Source: Parachlamydiales bacterium (GTDB lineage: Bacteria; Chlamydiota; Chlamydiia; Chlamydiales; Parachlamydiaceae). Taken from it: a stretch of 39,377 bases of DNA. Positions 1 through 9,772 of the stretch are shown here, piece after piece. The translations under genes and the position numbers were made by a program. The stretch covers positions 1 to 39,377 of the forward strand of contig JAGVJP010000079.1 in NCBI GenBank assembly GCA_020051075.1, written 5' to 3'. The first letter of the stretch is position 1, and each line of letters opens with the position of its first letter. The notes beneath the pieces were generated by a model. The model did not search any database. It was not told the DNA's origin and was given only the letters and a program-made list of their open reading frames with translations.

Positions 1-978
1 GATGCTTGGTGGGCCGGATTTTTACTTGGGTTCTCCATCTCAATCGTGGCAGATGGATGCGGGCTAGGCCAACATTCCAGAGAAGCAGCACAGAGATCTG
101 TTGGGGCTGCCAAAAAGTATATTTGCGAGCATCTACATGAACACCTTACCCTCGAACGCTTAACTCAAATAGTGCTTAGTGCATTCGAAAAGGCACATCT
201 TGAATGTATTGAGGATAAATTCAATCCTCGGACAACGACTCTTAATGTCAATCTTTCTTTTACTTCAGTTGACGGAGAGAGGTATCTCCTCGTTGTAGGA
301 TTGGGCGATACGAAGAGTTACCTCTGCATGGGAACGACCGAGGGTTCTCCTGTTGTTATAGATCTTTCACAATATGAGGGATTTAATGCCACTGATTGTG
401 GAGGTGCCCTTGGAGGTTTTATGTCCACTATGAATGAAAGAAATGAAAGGGAATATATTATCCCCTACATGAATAATTTATCTGTTGTCTGTTGTAAATT
501 AGATCCAACAAAGAATTACTTAGTTCTCAATATGAGCGATGGAGTAACTAATAACTTGTCTCCAGAATTTTTTGGATTAAGTCCAAGTGAGGTAAATTTT
601 GTCATAGCAGCGTATGATCCCGACCTGAAGTGGGAACAGATCAAACGCCCAGGGTTAAGACATAAAATCCTCACAAAGTTTGCTAATGAAAGGTTAGCAG
701 AGATCCTTTCAGGATGCACTTTTTCTGCCGAAGAAAGCGTAGACGAAATTTGTAATAAGATCATTAAGCACTGTTCAGAGATGACGTTGGCTACTCGGGA
801 GTTTATGGAAAAAAATGTGAAATCACGGCAACCGGAAACAAGCAAAGAATATCCTGGTAAAATGGACCACACAACCGCTGTCGGTTTTAAAATTCTGAGT
901 ACAGTTTCTTCTTCTAGTGCCATTCATTCTTCTAGTTCCTCTTGCTCTTCGTCTTCAAGTCCGATTGTTGGTAACTAG
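1..978 (+). CDS. PP2C-like (PPM) phosphatase-domain protein, eukaryote-like; 5' end lies outside the window
   Basis: Frame 1 is open from base 1 (DAWWAGFLLGFSISIVADGCG). Motifs ADGCG, GLGDT, SDGV and GKMDHTT match PP2C-fold metal-binding motifs. Ser-rich C-terminal tail. Confidence 0.7.
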   Translation, partial: DAWWAGFLLGFSISIVADGCGLGQHSREAAQRSVGAAKKYICEHLHEHLTLERLTQIVLSAFEKAHLECIEDKFNPRTTTLNVNLSFTSVDGERYLLVVGLGDTKSYLCMGTTEGSPVVIDLSQYEGFNATDCGGALGGFMSTMNERNEREYIIPYMNNLSVVCCKLDPTKNYLVLNMSDGVTNNLSPEFFGLSPSEVNFVIAAYDPDLKWEQIKRPGLRHKILTKFANERLAEILSGCTFSAEESVDEICNKIIKHCSEMTLATREFMEKNVKSRQPETSKEYPGKMDHTTAVGFKILSTVSSSSAIHSSSSSCSSSSSPIVGN

Positions 979-996
979 TGTCTAATTGCATAGTGT

Positions 997-1686
997 TTAG
1001 AAGTTGCGAGTGGCCCGGTCACGCTGGTAGTGCCGTTCAATGCCATTAGCAACTTCTTCGGGATCATCTGTAATTTGAAACATATCAAAATCTTTCGGTG
1101 AGATGCAGCCGTGTGAGAGCATCGTATTTTCGATCCATTTGAACATCTCGCACCAGTATTCCTTTCCCATTAGATAGATCGGAAAAGGTTTAATCTTCTT
1201 CGTTTGAATCAATGTTAAGGCTTCAAACAGTTCATCTAGCGTTCCAAACCCTCCAGGAAGAAACACATACCCTTGGGCATAACGGATGAACATCACCTTG
1301 CGGATAAAGAAGTATCGGAATTTTAAACGGTATTTAGGATTAATGAAGCGATTTGGCTCCGATTCGAATGGCAGGTCGATGGCTAATCCACAGGAAGGGC
1401 CATTGGCTTCAAGAGCTCCTTTATTAGCCGCTTCCATGATGCCGGGTCCGCCTCCTGTAATGATGGCAAAGCCTTTCAATGCAATTTGGCGTGCAACGTC
1501 GATCGCTAAGTTGTAATAGAGTGAGTCTTCGGTGAGGCGGGCGGACCCAAAAATTGAGACTGATGGACCCAAATTTGTCATCGTCTCAAAGCCGTCTACA
1601 AATTCGGATACGATCCGAAAAACGCGCCAGGAATCGTGGGTGAAAATCTTTTTGTCGTACTCATCATTGTCGTCGTATTGAATCAT
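997..1686 (-). CDS. LOG family (TIGR00730) nucleotide phosphoribohydrolase
   Basis: VSIFGSAR, ITGGGPGIMEAAN and PGGFGTLDE motifs. Confidence 0.92.
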   Translation of the reverse strand: MIQYDDNDEYDKKIFTHDSWRVFRIVSEFVDGFETMTNLGPSVSIFGSARLTEDSLYYNLAIDVARQIALKGFAIITGGGPGIMEAANKGALEANGPSCGLAIDLPFESEPNRFINPKYRLKFRYFFIRKVMFIRYAQGYVFLPGGFGTLDELFEALTLIQTKKIKPFPIYLMGKEYWCEMFKWIENTMLSHGCISPKDFDMFQITDDPEEVANGIERHYQRDRATRNF

Positions 1687-1799
1687 CTTGCACTCACTCC
1701 ATCTGTCTATTTGGGCTTCTATTGGGAATAAGCCTTATCGAATAAACTAGCAAGAATTTTTGCAACAGGATGAGCAAGATCGCAACTTCCCATCATATA

Positions 1800-1835
1800 A
1801 AAAACAGGATAAGCGATCCTGCTTATCCTGTTTTT
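1800..1835. terminator. Perfect 15-bp hairpin of the CAGGAT family, probable terminator downstream of queG
   Basis: AAAAACAGGATAAGC-gatcct-GCTTATCCTGTTTTT with A/T tails on both sides, 12 bp past the queG stop. Confidence 0.6.
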
Positions 1836-1847
1836 GCTCTATTGTGT

Positions 1848-2777
1848 TTATCTTGTTAATGTATCGAAGGTGTGTTTGAGTCCTACCACGCCTCGTCGCT
1901 GCAAGGGCGTGCCGAATAATCGTTCGGGTTCTCTTTCCAACTTCGCGATCGATGCTCCCGAAAGATAGATTCCAACCCCTGCGTCTGGTGAGAATGCCGC
2001 TTGTGTAGAAGAGGGCTTCCTTTGATTATGGGGACACACATCTTGACAGATGTCACAGCCGAAGATATAGCCCGGATTCCGTCGCTGGATTTCACTGGGG
2101 ATCTCTTCTTTAGACTCTATCAGATGATAAGAAAGACAGCGGGTTGCATCGAGTTGGTACGGTGTTGACAGCGCACCTGTTGGACAGGCATCGATGCATC
2201 GTGTGCATGAACCGCAACGGGGGAGATGAGCAACGATCGCCGGCTGCATGGGTTGCGTGAACTCAAGCGTCGTCAGAATGCCCGATAAGAGGGTAAAGGT
2301 CCCAAAGCGGCGGTGGATGAGTAAAGTGTTTTTTCCGAGCCAGCCTAGGCCAGCCTGCACTGCTAATGCCTTTTCCAAGAGAGGACTCGAATCACTAAAC
2401 CCTTTGGCTATCCCCTTGGTTCCAACTTCCTCTTCCAGCCACTGGATAAATTTTTTTAGCCTTTTTCGATGAAGGTGGTGATAGTCTCTTCCTCTTGCAT
2501 AAGAGGCAACAACTCCAAATTCTTTTTCAAAGGGGACGGGTGTTTGCTTGTAATAGGAGATGAACATGATCGCTGTCTTGGCGCCAGGGAGCAGCTTCTG
2601 AGGATCGCATCGATTGGCGTTCTCCATATAGGTTAATTTGGCGTGGCCTTTGCGCTCGACCCATTTTTCATAAGCGATGATGTCTTCATGAGGAATAATA
2701 GCCTTCGTCATGCCTATGTCGTCCCATCCGAGGCTTAAGCCTTGATGCCGGATGTCTTCAAACGATAGGGTCTTCAT
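1848..2777 (-). CDS. queG: tRNA epoxyqueuosine reductase
   Basis: YARGRDYH, EKALAVQAGLGWLGKN, CGSCTRCIDACPT and GCDICQDVCPHN Fe-S motifs. Confidence 0.95.
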   Translation of the reverse strand: MKTLSFEDIRHQGLSLGWDDIGMTKAIIPHEDIIAYEKWVERKGHAKLTYMENANRCDPQKLLPGAKTAIMFISYYKQTPVPFEKEFGVVASYARGRDYHHLHRKRLKKFIQWLEEEVGTKGIAKGFSDSSPLLEKALAVQAGLGWLGKNTLLIHRRFGTFTLLSGILTTLEFTQPMQPAIVAHLPRCGSCTRCIDACPTGALSTPYQLDATRCLSYHLIESKEEIPSEIQRRNPGYIFGCDICQDVCPHNQRKPSSTQAAFSPDAGVGIYLSGASIAKLEREPERLFGTPLQRRGVVGLKHTFDTLTR

Positions 2778-3706
2778 TCATCTTGTGGTTGCTTTTGGAA
2801 GATACTCGAAAAGATGTGTTCCATCCGCGTCATCTTTTTTTGACCGGCAGGCTTGCCAGAGACTTCGTGGAGGTTCTCGATGGCGATAAAGGCTGCAGGA
2901 TCTTCACGGAGGATTAAATCTTTCAATTCAGCTAATTGGAGTCGTTCTGCGATAACGTATAAGATCTCCCGCTCATCTCCGGAAAATCCTCCTCTCCCAT
3001 ACATGATCGTGAGGCCTAGTCCAAGTTCATAGACGATGGCATCAGCGATCGCTTTGGGCTTCGAAGAGATAATCAAAACCGATTTGGTTTCATCCAGTCC
3101 GGTGATGACGGTATCCATGATTTTAATGACGACGATATAGGTAATTAATGACATCAAAGGGGGATGCCAATCATTGAGGACAAGACCTAAAGCACCAAAC
3201 ACAAAGACGTTGCAGAAAAGCACAACCTGTCCAACGGTGAGCCCCGTTCGGCGGTTGATGATAATCCCTAAGATTTCTGTTCCATCCAGGCAACCCCCTT
3301 CGCGGATGATCAGACCGATGCCGACGCCGAGGATCGCTCCGCCAATGACCACAATTTCGAGGCTGTCTCCTTTAAACTGAAAAGGGATCTGCGTCGAAAT
3401 AAACACCATCGACCCTGCAAACAATATGTTTGCGACGATCATGTGGACAACAAAATATTTCCCTATCGAGCGATAGGCTAAGAACAGAAAAGGGATGTTC
3501 AAAAGAATTAGGAGGATGGGAACAACTTGTTTGCCAAAAACATTACCAAATATCATCGCAACGCCCACGATGCCGCCGTCGATCAAATTATTTGGGATGA
3601 AAAATACTTCTAGAGAGAACGCAGCGAGGAAAGCGCCTAACGCCATCCAGAAATAGACGAGAATCTGCGAAAGCAAAGATCTTTTAGCTGTTTGGGAAGC
3701 ATGCAT
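2774..3706 (-). CDS. YitT family membrane protein (DUF161/DUF2179)
   Basis: PNNLIDGGIVG, GGCLDGTEILG and GRGGFSG motifs; multiple TM helices; 4-bp overlap with queG. Confidence 0.9.
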   Translation of the reverse strand: MHASQTAKRSLLSQILVYFWMALGAFLAAFSLEVFFIPNNLIDGGIVGVAMIFGNVFGKQVVPILLILLNIPFLFLAYRSIGKYFVVHMIVANILFAGSMVFISTQIPFQFKGDSLEIVVIGGAILGVGIGLIIREGGCLDGTEILGIIINRRTGLTVGQVVLFCNVFVFGALGLVLNDWHPPLMSLITYIVVIKIMDTVITGLDETKSVLIISSKPKAIADAIVYELGLGLTIMYGRGGFSGDEREILYVIAERLQLAELKDLILREDPAAFIAIENLHEVSGKPAGQKKMTRMEHIFSSIFQKQPQDE

Positions 3707-3759
3707 AAAATGGATCCATGAAAATAGGTCGTGGAGGGAGGCACAAAATATCTAAAGAT

Positions 3760-3833
3760 CGCGAGAGACGGGACTCGAACCCGCAACTTCCGACATGACA
3801 AGCCGGTGCTCTAACCGATTGAACTACTCTCGC
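3760..3833 (-). tRNA. tRNA-Asp(GTC)
   Basis: Reverse complement folds as a cloverleaf; anticodon arm ccggc-TT-GTC-AT-gtcgg; GGTTCGAGTCC T-arm. Confidence 0.97.
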
Positions 3834-3849
3834 ATATTTGTGCATATCT

Positions 3850-3922
3850 TGGGCGCAACAGGACTCGAACCTATGACCGCCTGTGTGTAAAACAGGAGCT
3901 CTACCAACTGAGCTATACGCCC
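3850..3922 (-). tRNA. tRNA-Val(TAC)
   Basis: Reverse complement GGGCGTATAGCTCAG...; anticodon arm cctgt-TT-TAC-AC-acagg. Confidence 0.97.
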
Positions 3923-4195
3923 ATGCAAAATATATAAGCTCAAACTTTAACGATCCTTCAAATTTAGCGCAACAGAAATTTTCTGAAATTCTTCATACCC
4001 CTCCTTTTTTGCCCCTTTGCGTTAAAAATAGTTACTGTTAGTTTTGCGTAAAGATAAAATAAAAACTTGATAAATTTCTAAATATCTGTATGATGAGGTT
4101 TAAAGAACTATTGGTCGGTTTGTGGCCCTTTTGGGTTGGTTTGAAGCGGTGTATTTCTAGTTCTTGTTATCAACACTAGATGAGGAGGTTATTTT

Positions 4196-5602
4196 ATGAG
4201 TATTACTAACGTAAGAATGGCTGGTTGCGGAATTTTTTCATGCTTAAGCAGAAAATTTTCGTGTCTAAACCCTCTAGCAGCAAGGGTTTTGTCATTAGGT
4301 TTATTAGCTGCCGGCTTATTGGCTGCAGCATTCATCGCTCATTATTATCGTACTCATAGAGCCTCTCTCATAGCAAATCGCACACCACCGAATCCAATTC
4401 CTAATACCGTAAGACCAGGAGAAGAACGAAAGTCTTACTCAGATGGTCGAGAAGAGGTCGGGGTATTTCGAGGAGGGGTGCTCACATCCGGAGACAAACG
4501 GTTCCCTAATACACAGACAGCTAGAGAAAAATTGATTCGAGGCAGCTTCGATTCTGCTGGGCGTTTACATGGACAAGGCAAGATTGAATATTGGAATGGC
4601 ATTACGATAGAAGGCGAATTTAATCATGGTGTTTTGGTTAGAGGAAGCAAAAATTACCCAAATCCATGTCGAGATCATGATTCTGGGAATATTATCCCAT
4701 TTTTATCAATGGAAGGGACGTTTGACGCTCAAGGCAGATTACATGGAGAACAGTGTAAAGTTGTTTCAACAGATGGAAGCGAGTGCGAAGGAAGATTTGA
4801 CAAGGGCGTCTTCATCAGTGGTGTTCAGAGATTTAAAGAGGGGGCGATTGCTTCTAGACAAGGGACTTTTGACCGAGATGGTGTTCTGCATGGGCCAAAT
4901 TGCATTGAAACACTTCGCGATCGCACAGTCTTTACCGGAACATTTGATAAAGGCAGCTTAGTTGATGGAAATATCGTGTATCAATCTGGTGAAATAAGAA
5001 AACGGGAAGGAACGTTTGTTTCTGGTTTGTTAGAAGGAATTTCGTGCTCCGTTGAATACTTTGATGGAAGAAGGCTGAGTGGTCGATTTGTCGGCAACAA
5101 ACTCGTCGAAGGGACAAGAGAATTTGTCACCGCAGTGATGGGCGGAAGACGAAGGGAGACGGGGAATTTTACGACTCCTGAAGCTGGTCAAAGCGTTGTA
5201 CATGGAAAAGATTGTACAATTGAGTTCTTTGGCGGCAATAATTGGACAGGGACAATCAATGAGAATGGGGAATTCACAAAAGGAATTAAGCGTTATACTG
5301 AAGGGACAAATCAAGACATTGTCTCCGAAGATGGGACCTTCGTGAATAATGTATTGAGAAACGGAACGATTACATATCGCACTGGTAAAACCGTTGAAGG
5401 AACTTTCAACCCTAGCGGCGAATGGGATGGAGAGATGACCATTAACGAAGCAGGAAAGACAAGTCAAGGAACCTATCAAAGCGGGATTTTAAGAGGACAA
5501 TTAAACGAAATACCCTATTTTAATCCACCCATTCATTCACACCGCCTTCATAACCATTCAGGAGGCTTTGATCCTTCACAAGAGATGCAGGTTCGACAAT
5601 AG
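4196..5602 (+). CDS. MORN-like repeat protein with an N-terminal hydrophobic helix (candidate effector or membrane protein)
   Basis: Repeated EGxFxxGxLxG units; TM-like VLSLGLLAAGLLAAAFIA; GAGGAGG RBS upstream. Confidence 0.7.
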   Translation: MSITNVRMAGCGIFSCLSRKFSCLNPLAARVLSLGLLAAGLLAAAFIAHYYRTHRASLIANRTPPNPIPNTVRPGEERKSYSDGREEVGVFRGGVLTSGDKRFPNTQTAREKLIRGSFDSAGRLHGQGKIEYWNGITIEGEFNHGVLVRGSKNYPNPCRDHDSGNIIPFLSMEGTFDAQGRLHGEQCKVVSTDGSECEGRFDKGVFISGVQRFKEGAIASRQGTFDRDGVLHGPNCIETLRDRTVFTGTFDKGSLVDGNIVYQSGEIRKREGTFVSGLLEGISCSVEYFDGRRLSGRFVGNKLVEGTREFVTAVMGGRRRETGNFTTPEAGQSVVHGKDCTIEFFGGNNWTGTINENGEFTKGIKRYTEGTNQDIVSEDGTFVNNVLRNGTITYRTGKTVEGTFNPSGEWDGEMTINEAGKTSQGTYQSGILRGQLNEIPYFNPPIHSHRLHNHSGGFDPSQEMQVRQ

Positions 5603-5661
5603 TGGTTCATGAGGGGTTGTGAAAGTTAGAGTCGGTTTGATCACGTTAACAAACCAGGTCT

Positions 5662-6474
5662 CTAATTTTTCACAGCCTCTGTCGATTGGTTGACAAAGGT
5701 TTCAAAAGCTTGACGGTGCTGTTCAAGGTGGCGATGATGGGTCAAGTCTCCCACATGAATTGGCACCGCAGTTGCGAAACCTTGTCTTAAGTGCACAATG
5801 TCGCTATCGAGATCTTCATCAAATTGGGCAAGGCGAGAGCCTAGCCAATAATACGAGGATTTCTCAGCCGGATGTTCTCGGTGTTCGGGATCTTCACCCC
5901 AATATTCCTTCCCTTGTTTAACCAACCTTACTCCCTGAAAATTGGTCTGCATTTGCTGCGGAAAATTGACATTTAAAAATGTTCCCGCGGGTAGGGGATG
6001 ATTCAACATATAATTGACGATGGAAGGGATGTGCTGCTCAAGAAGTTGATAGTTTGGGTCAAAATAATCGCAAATAGAAAAAGCGATGCCTGGGATATCG
6101 TGCATCAGCCCCTCGATCACACCTCCGACAGTGCCGCTGTAGAGAAGATTCCTCCCCGCATTCGTTCCGCGGTTGATTCCCGACACGACGAGGTCTGGGC
6201 TTTTCTTTAAGATCACATTAAGAGCCAATTTAATGCAGTCAGCAGGAGTGCCATTCACAGACCAAATGCTGGATTCGCTGCTGTCATTCCAGTGAACCGG
6301 AGTAATGTGCAGGGGATCGCGAACTGTGATGGATAATCCAACAGCAGATTGTTCATATGTTGGAGCAACGACGACGAGGTCGCCGATTTCTCTCAGGGAT
6401 TGCCATAAGTGTTTAATGCCAGGAGCATGCACACCATCATCATTGGTAATCAATATTAACGGTCGGTTTGACAT
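5662..6474 (-). CDS. surE: 5'/3'-nucleotidase SurE
   Basis: ILITNDDG, GTPADC and SGINRGTNAG..YSGTVGG motifs. Confidence 0.96.
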   Translation of the reverse strand: MSNRPLILITNDDGVHAPGIKHLWQSLREIGDLVVVAPTYEQSAVGLSITVRDPLHITPVHWNDSSESSIWSVNGTPADCIKLALNVILKKSPDLVVSGINRGTNAGRNLLYSGTVGGVIEGLMHDIPGIAFSICDYFDPNYQLLEQHIPSIVNYMLNHPLPAGTFLNVNFPQQMQTNFQGVRLVKQGKEYWGEDPEHREHPAEKSSYYWLGSRLAQFDEDLDSDIVHLRQGFATAVPIHVGDLTHHRHLEQHRQAFETFVNQSTEAVKN

Positions 6475-6613
6475 AATAATCCTTAGTTATCTTTAGTACT
6501 CTAAATTGTTTATTTGTTTAATCTTTTCCGCGAAAATTATATATACTAAATATTTTAGATGTTATAATAAATTTTACGTTTAGGTGAATTTTTGAAATTA
6601 TCTGAGATGCATT

Positions 6614-7675
6614 ATGACAGATTTGCTCCCCAAGATCAATAGTGACGACACAGATGATCAAGATTTAGAAAGAACGGTTTATTCCGAAACTCCTCATCTC
6701 CTTGAACCCAAAGTAGATGGAGCAGAGTTGAGAAATGATGTGATAAACCACTTCTACTCTCAGATAAAGAAAATCCCAGCGCTGATGGATCAGACCGCTT
6801 CGGCCGATCAGCCTCTATTGCGTCAATTGCAGTCTGTTCAGCACTCTGCCCTGCAGATCATACATACATTTCATGAGCAGAAAGAGGCCATCATCAAACA
6901 CTATGACTTTTCGTTGCAGCCTGTCGCAAAAGAGGTATTAGATGAGTTGCTGTGCCATGCAGAGAAACTTAAACAGCAACTATCTTGTCACCAGGATTTC
7001 AGTTCAGCAGAGGAAGTCGATTGGGAAGAGTATATCCAGAAATGGACGGAGATTTGTGAGCATTGGCATAGTCGAAAAGCATTGGCGGATAGAATATTAG
7101 CTGTCGTTTCTGAACGGGCGATGCATAGCATTGATAAAGACATTAGAGTGATTCAAGATTATCAAAATCATCAACTTGCAAATGTCAACATTGAGAAAAA
7201 TAAGCGAAAAACCTTGCAAGAGCGCTTGGCTCAAGTGACAGAAGAGCCGTTGAATCAGCTTGTTGCCCTGCGGAATCAAACGCATCAACACACCTCGCTC
7301 ATTCAAGCTGCCGCATGGTTGGCAAGCTTTCAAGAAGAACGTGAAAGCTATTTCGACCAGCTCCTCTTGAAAATTGACACCGCTGTAAGAGATATTGTCG
7401 ACGTTGCAGACAAGGAAGATGTTCTCTCATACTCTTCTGAAGACGAAGGGGAAATTGTCTTCATGGAACGGGAGTTAGAGAGCATTCTTTTCGCCATCGA
7501 CACTGTGGACGGCGCCAACAAAACCGACACCTTGTTTATAGGATGTCGTTTGGAAAGTTTACTTGATCACTTAGAAGGCATCGACATCAATGCTATTCCA
7601 AAACGTCTACAGAATAGGGTGAGCTCGATTAAAGAGCAAATCTATCATGCTTTCGAAGACATTACCAGCACCTAG
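6614..7675 (+). CDS. Hypothetical helical/coiled-coil protein
   Basis: 353-aa ORF divergent from surE behind an AT-rich intergenic region; no recognisable motif. Confidence 0.7.
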   Translation: MTDLLPKINSDDTDDQDLERTVYSETPHLLEPKVDGAELRNDVINHFYSQIKKIPALMDQTASADQPLLRQLQSVQHSALQIIHTFHEQKEAIIKHYDFSLQPVAKEVLDELLCHAEKLKQQLSCHQDFSSAEEVDWEEYIQKWTEICEHWHSRKALADRILAVVSERAMHSIDKDIRVIQDYQNHQLANVNIEKNKRKTLQERLAQVTEEPLNQLVALRNQTHQHTSLIQAAAWLASFQEERESYFDQLLLKIDTAVRDIVDVADKEDVLSYSSEDEGEIVFMERELESILFAIDTVDGANKTDTLFIGCRLESLLDHLEGIDINAIPKRLQNRVSSIKEQIYHAFEDITST

Positions 7676-7918
7676 CCACAAGATGAACAGGATAGACAAA
7701 AAAACAGGATGGGCAGGATCGCTGCGCGGCAGGATATGCAGGATAGAAATGATAGGGGAAGATAAAAAAATTATATCATTTTTTTTGCTGTTCTTTTCTT
7801 CCTATTTTTAACTATCTTTATCTATCCTGCCCATTCTGTTTTTTTGTTTATCCTGCCTATCCTGCCGCGCAGCGATCCTGCCCATCCTGTTTTTTTGTCT
7901 ATCCTGTTCATCTTGTGG
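7676..7918. repeat. Long palindromic element with 70-bp arms (1 mismatch) built from CAGGAT units
   Basis: 7676-7745 is the reverse complement of 7849-7918 apart from one base. It fills the gap between convergent genes. Confidence 0.95.
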
Positions 7919-7927
7919 GGCTCCCCC

Positions 7928-9772
7928 TTAGAAGATGTATTCGTCGGCAATGTCCCGTTTATCCCGGCCATCTAAGACATGGAATATGCGGAGTTGATTC
8001 AAAGTGATCGGGGAGAGCTGTCCTAAAGGGATGTAAATGATCTTCTTGCCAAAGCGGCGAGCGAAGCTTTTCATATAGCTGCGCGGGGGGGTATTGGCTA
8101 CATAGACGATGGCCGGCTTCGCAGCATAGTCTATGGCTGCCATCAGAAGGACTTCAGATTTCGTTCTGCATTCCGAATAGTCTGGATCTGTCCATATATT
8201 GCCCATGCGGCGAGGGGGATAGGACATCATAAACCCGCCGTATTCACACCGGCTTATCCCAGGTCCAACCATCTCTTGAGCAAGTGGAGTGGCGTAAAAT
8301 GACATGTCAGACTCCTGCGCATGTTCTCCAAGCCACGTTGTACACCACGGAAATTTTTCCTGATACCGTTCATTCTCTTCTGGTTTATCCTCATCAAAAA
8401 TGACGCAGACAGAACCTATTCCTGACGGAGGCTTTCCCTTGGTTTTGACATAAAGCTTCTTCTCATGCCAATGGCGAATCGTTTCTCTTGTGTCGATGCC
8501 ATCTTCAAGACTTGTGGAGAACGGGATGATGCGGGCAGCTTCTTCAGTGATAATTTGGCAGCCCTTCTTTTTAAGGAAGTTGGCAAATCGTTCGATCACC
8601 ACATCTTCGCGCGGATACGAACAGATTCCAAACAAAAGAGAGGGGCGGAAGCGGAAATCAGACCGATCTTTACGCTTCCTGGGGACTGAATTCTTCCTCC
8701 CTTTCTCTTTGAGGTAGAATTTAATGTTTTTACTTGCGCCCCAGACATCGCTGATTGACAAATCGAGTTCGGTGATCCCATCGATATTTTTTCTGAAAGG
8801 GTAGTCAGTGGCGAGCTCCCACACTTCATAAGCATAGTTAGGGTCGACGCAGCTCTTTGCGGCAGTAAGGATTTGAAAAAGATCAGGCATAAGCTGATTT
8901 GTCGTTAAGGCATAGTTACGAACAAATTTCATCGTATTGCGAAGATGATAGCCAGGGAAGGAGTTGCCTGTGTTTAAGACGTAATGCTCTGATGCTTCCT
9001 TGTAGAGGTTTAAAATGATTTTCTGCCTATCAGGGGACCATTCAGAGGTGATTTTTTCTCGCGAGTATTCGTAAAATGAGGAGAGAAAGCCCCATTCGCC
9101 TAAGATCTCGCGGCAAGATTCCTGAGTGGGAGTGCAGATCTCCACTACGTCGCGGGTGGAATGATAGAGGGTGGGAAAGGCTTTCATGTCCACATACTTG
9201 AAGATATTTGAGATGTGGGCGATGCCTCCGACAAAAAGAACCCGGTCATAGGAGAGGCTGAGTTCTTTCAGCCTCTTAGCCATGTATGTCTCGCGTTCTT
9301 TATCTATTGCTAATTGGTAGTTGGAAACAGTGTTCTTCCTGGACATCTCATAAAGCTCATAATAGGCCTGCAGACCTAGCTTGTGGACAGCGTAAGGGTC
9401 GGGGATCAGTTCTCGCACATTCGGATAGTAGTCGACATCGAGGTCGATGCAGTAGGCGTCAACATGATTTTCCGCAGCACAGCGAAGCCCTTCAAACGAA
9501 GGGTCGCAAGGTTCTGACATGAAATAGATCGGCTGGTTGTCGTGGTTGTATGTCAAGATCAAGCTGATGTCTGGGAGGCGTGCAGCAGCATGGAGCATCT
9601 TCGCTTGCATCGTCTCCGGCAATTCAACAGCCACGCAATCGGGTTTCAACACATCGAAGGCGAGTTTGACTTGTGCAGCCAGCTCCATCGAATAATGGAT
9701 CGCTGGAACGATGAAGATATTGTCCTTTTGCAGGAAATAAGGCGATTTAGGAGGCATGGTCTCCCTTGTCAT
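7928..9772 (-). CDS. Conserved hypothetical partner of the MoxR ATPase; N-terminal TraB/ChaN/Tiki-like region
   Basis: HYS...PDCVAVELP and RETYMAKRL...VLFVGGIAH patterns; 4-bp overlap with the ATPase stop. Confidence 0.65.
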   Translation of the reverse strand: MTRETMPPKSPYFLQKDNIFIVPAIHYSMELAAQVKLAFDVLKPDCVAVELPETMQAKMLHAAARLPDISLILTYNHDNQPIYFMSEPCDPSFEGLRCAAENHVDAYCIDLDVDYYPNVRELIPDPYAVHKLGLQAYYELYEMSRKNTVSNYQLAIDKERETYMAKRLKELSLSYDRVLFVGGIAHISNIFKYVDMKAFPTLYHSTRDVVEICTPTQESCREILGEWGFLSSFYEYSREKITSEWSPDRQKIILNLYKEASEHYVLNTGNSFPGYHLRNTMKFVRNYALTTNQLMPDLFQILTAAKSCVDPNYAYEVWELATDYPFRKNIDGITELDLSISDVWGASKNIKFYLKEKGRKNSVPRKRKDRSDFRFRPSLLFGICSYPREDVVIERFANFLKKKGCQIITEEAARIIPFSTSLEDGIDTRETIRHWHEKKLYVKTKGKPPSGIGSVCVIFDEDKPEENERYQEKFPWCTTWLGEHAQESDMSFYATPLAQEMVGPGISRCEYGGFMMSYPPRRMGNIWTDPDYSECRTKSEVLLMAAIDYAAKPAIVYVANTPPRSYMKSFARRFGKKIIYIPLGQLSPITLNQLRIFHVLDGRDKRDIADEYIF

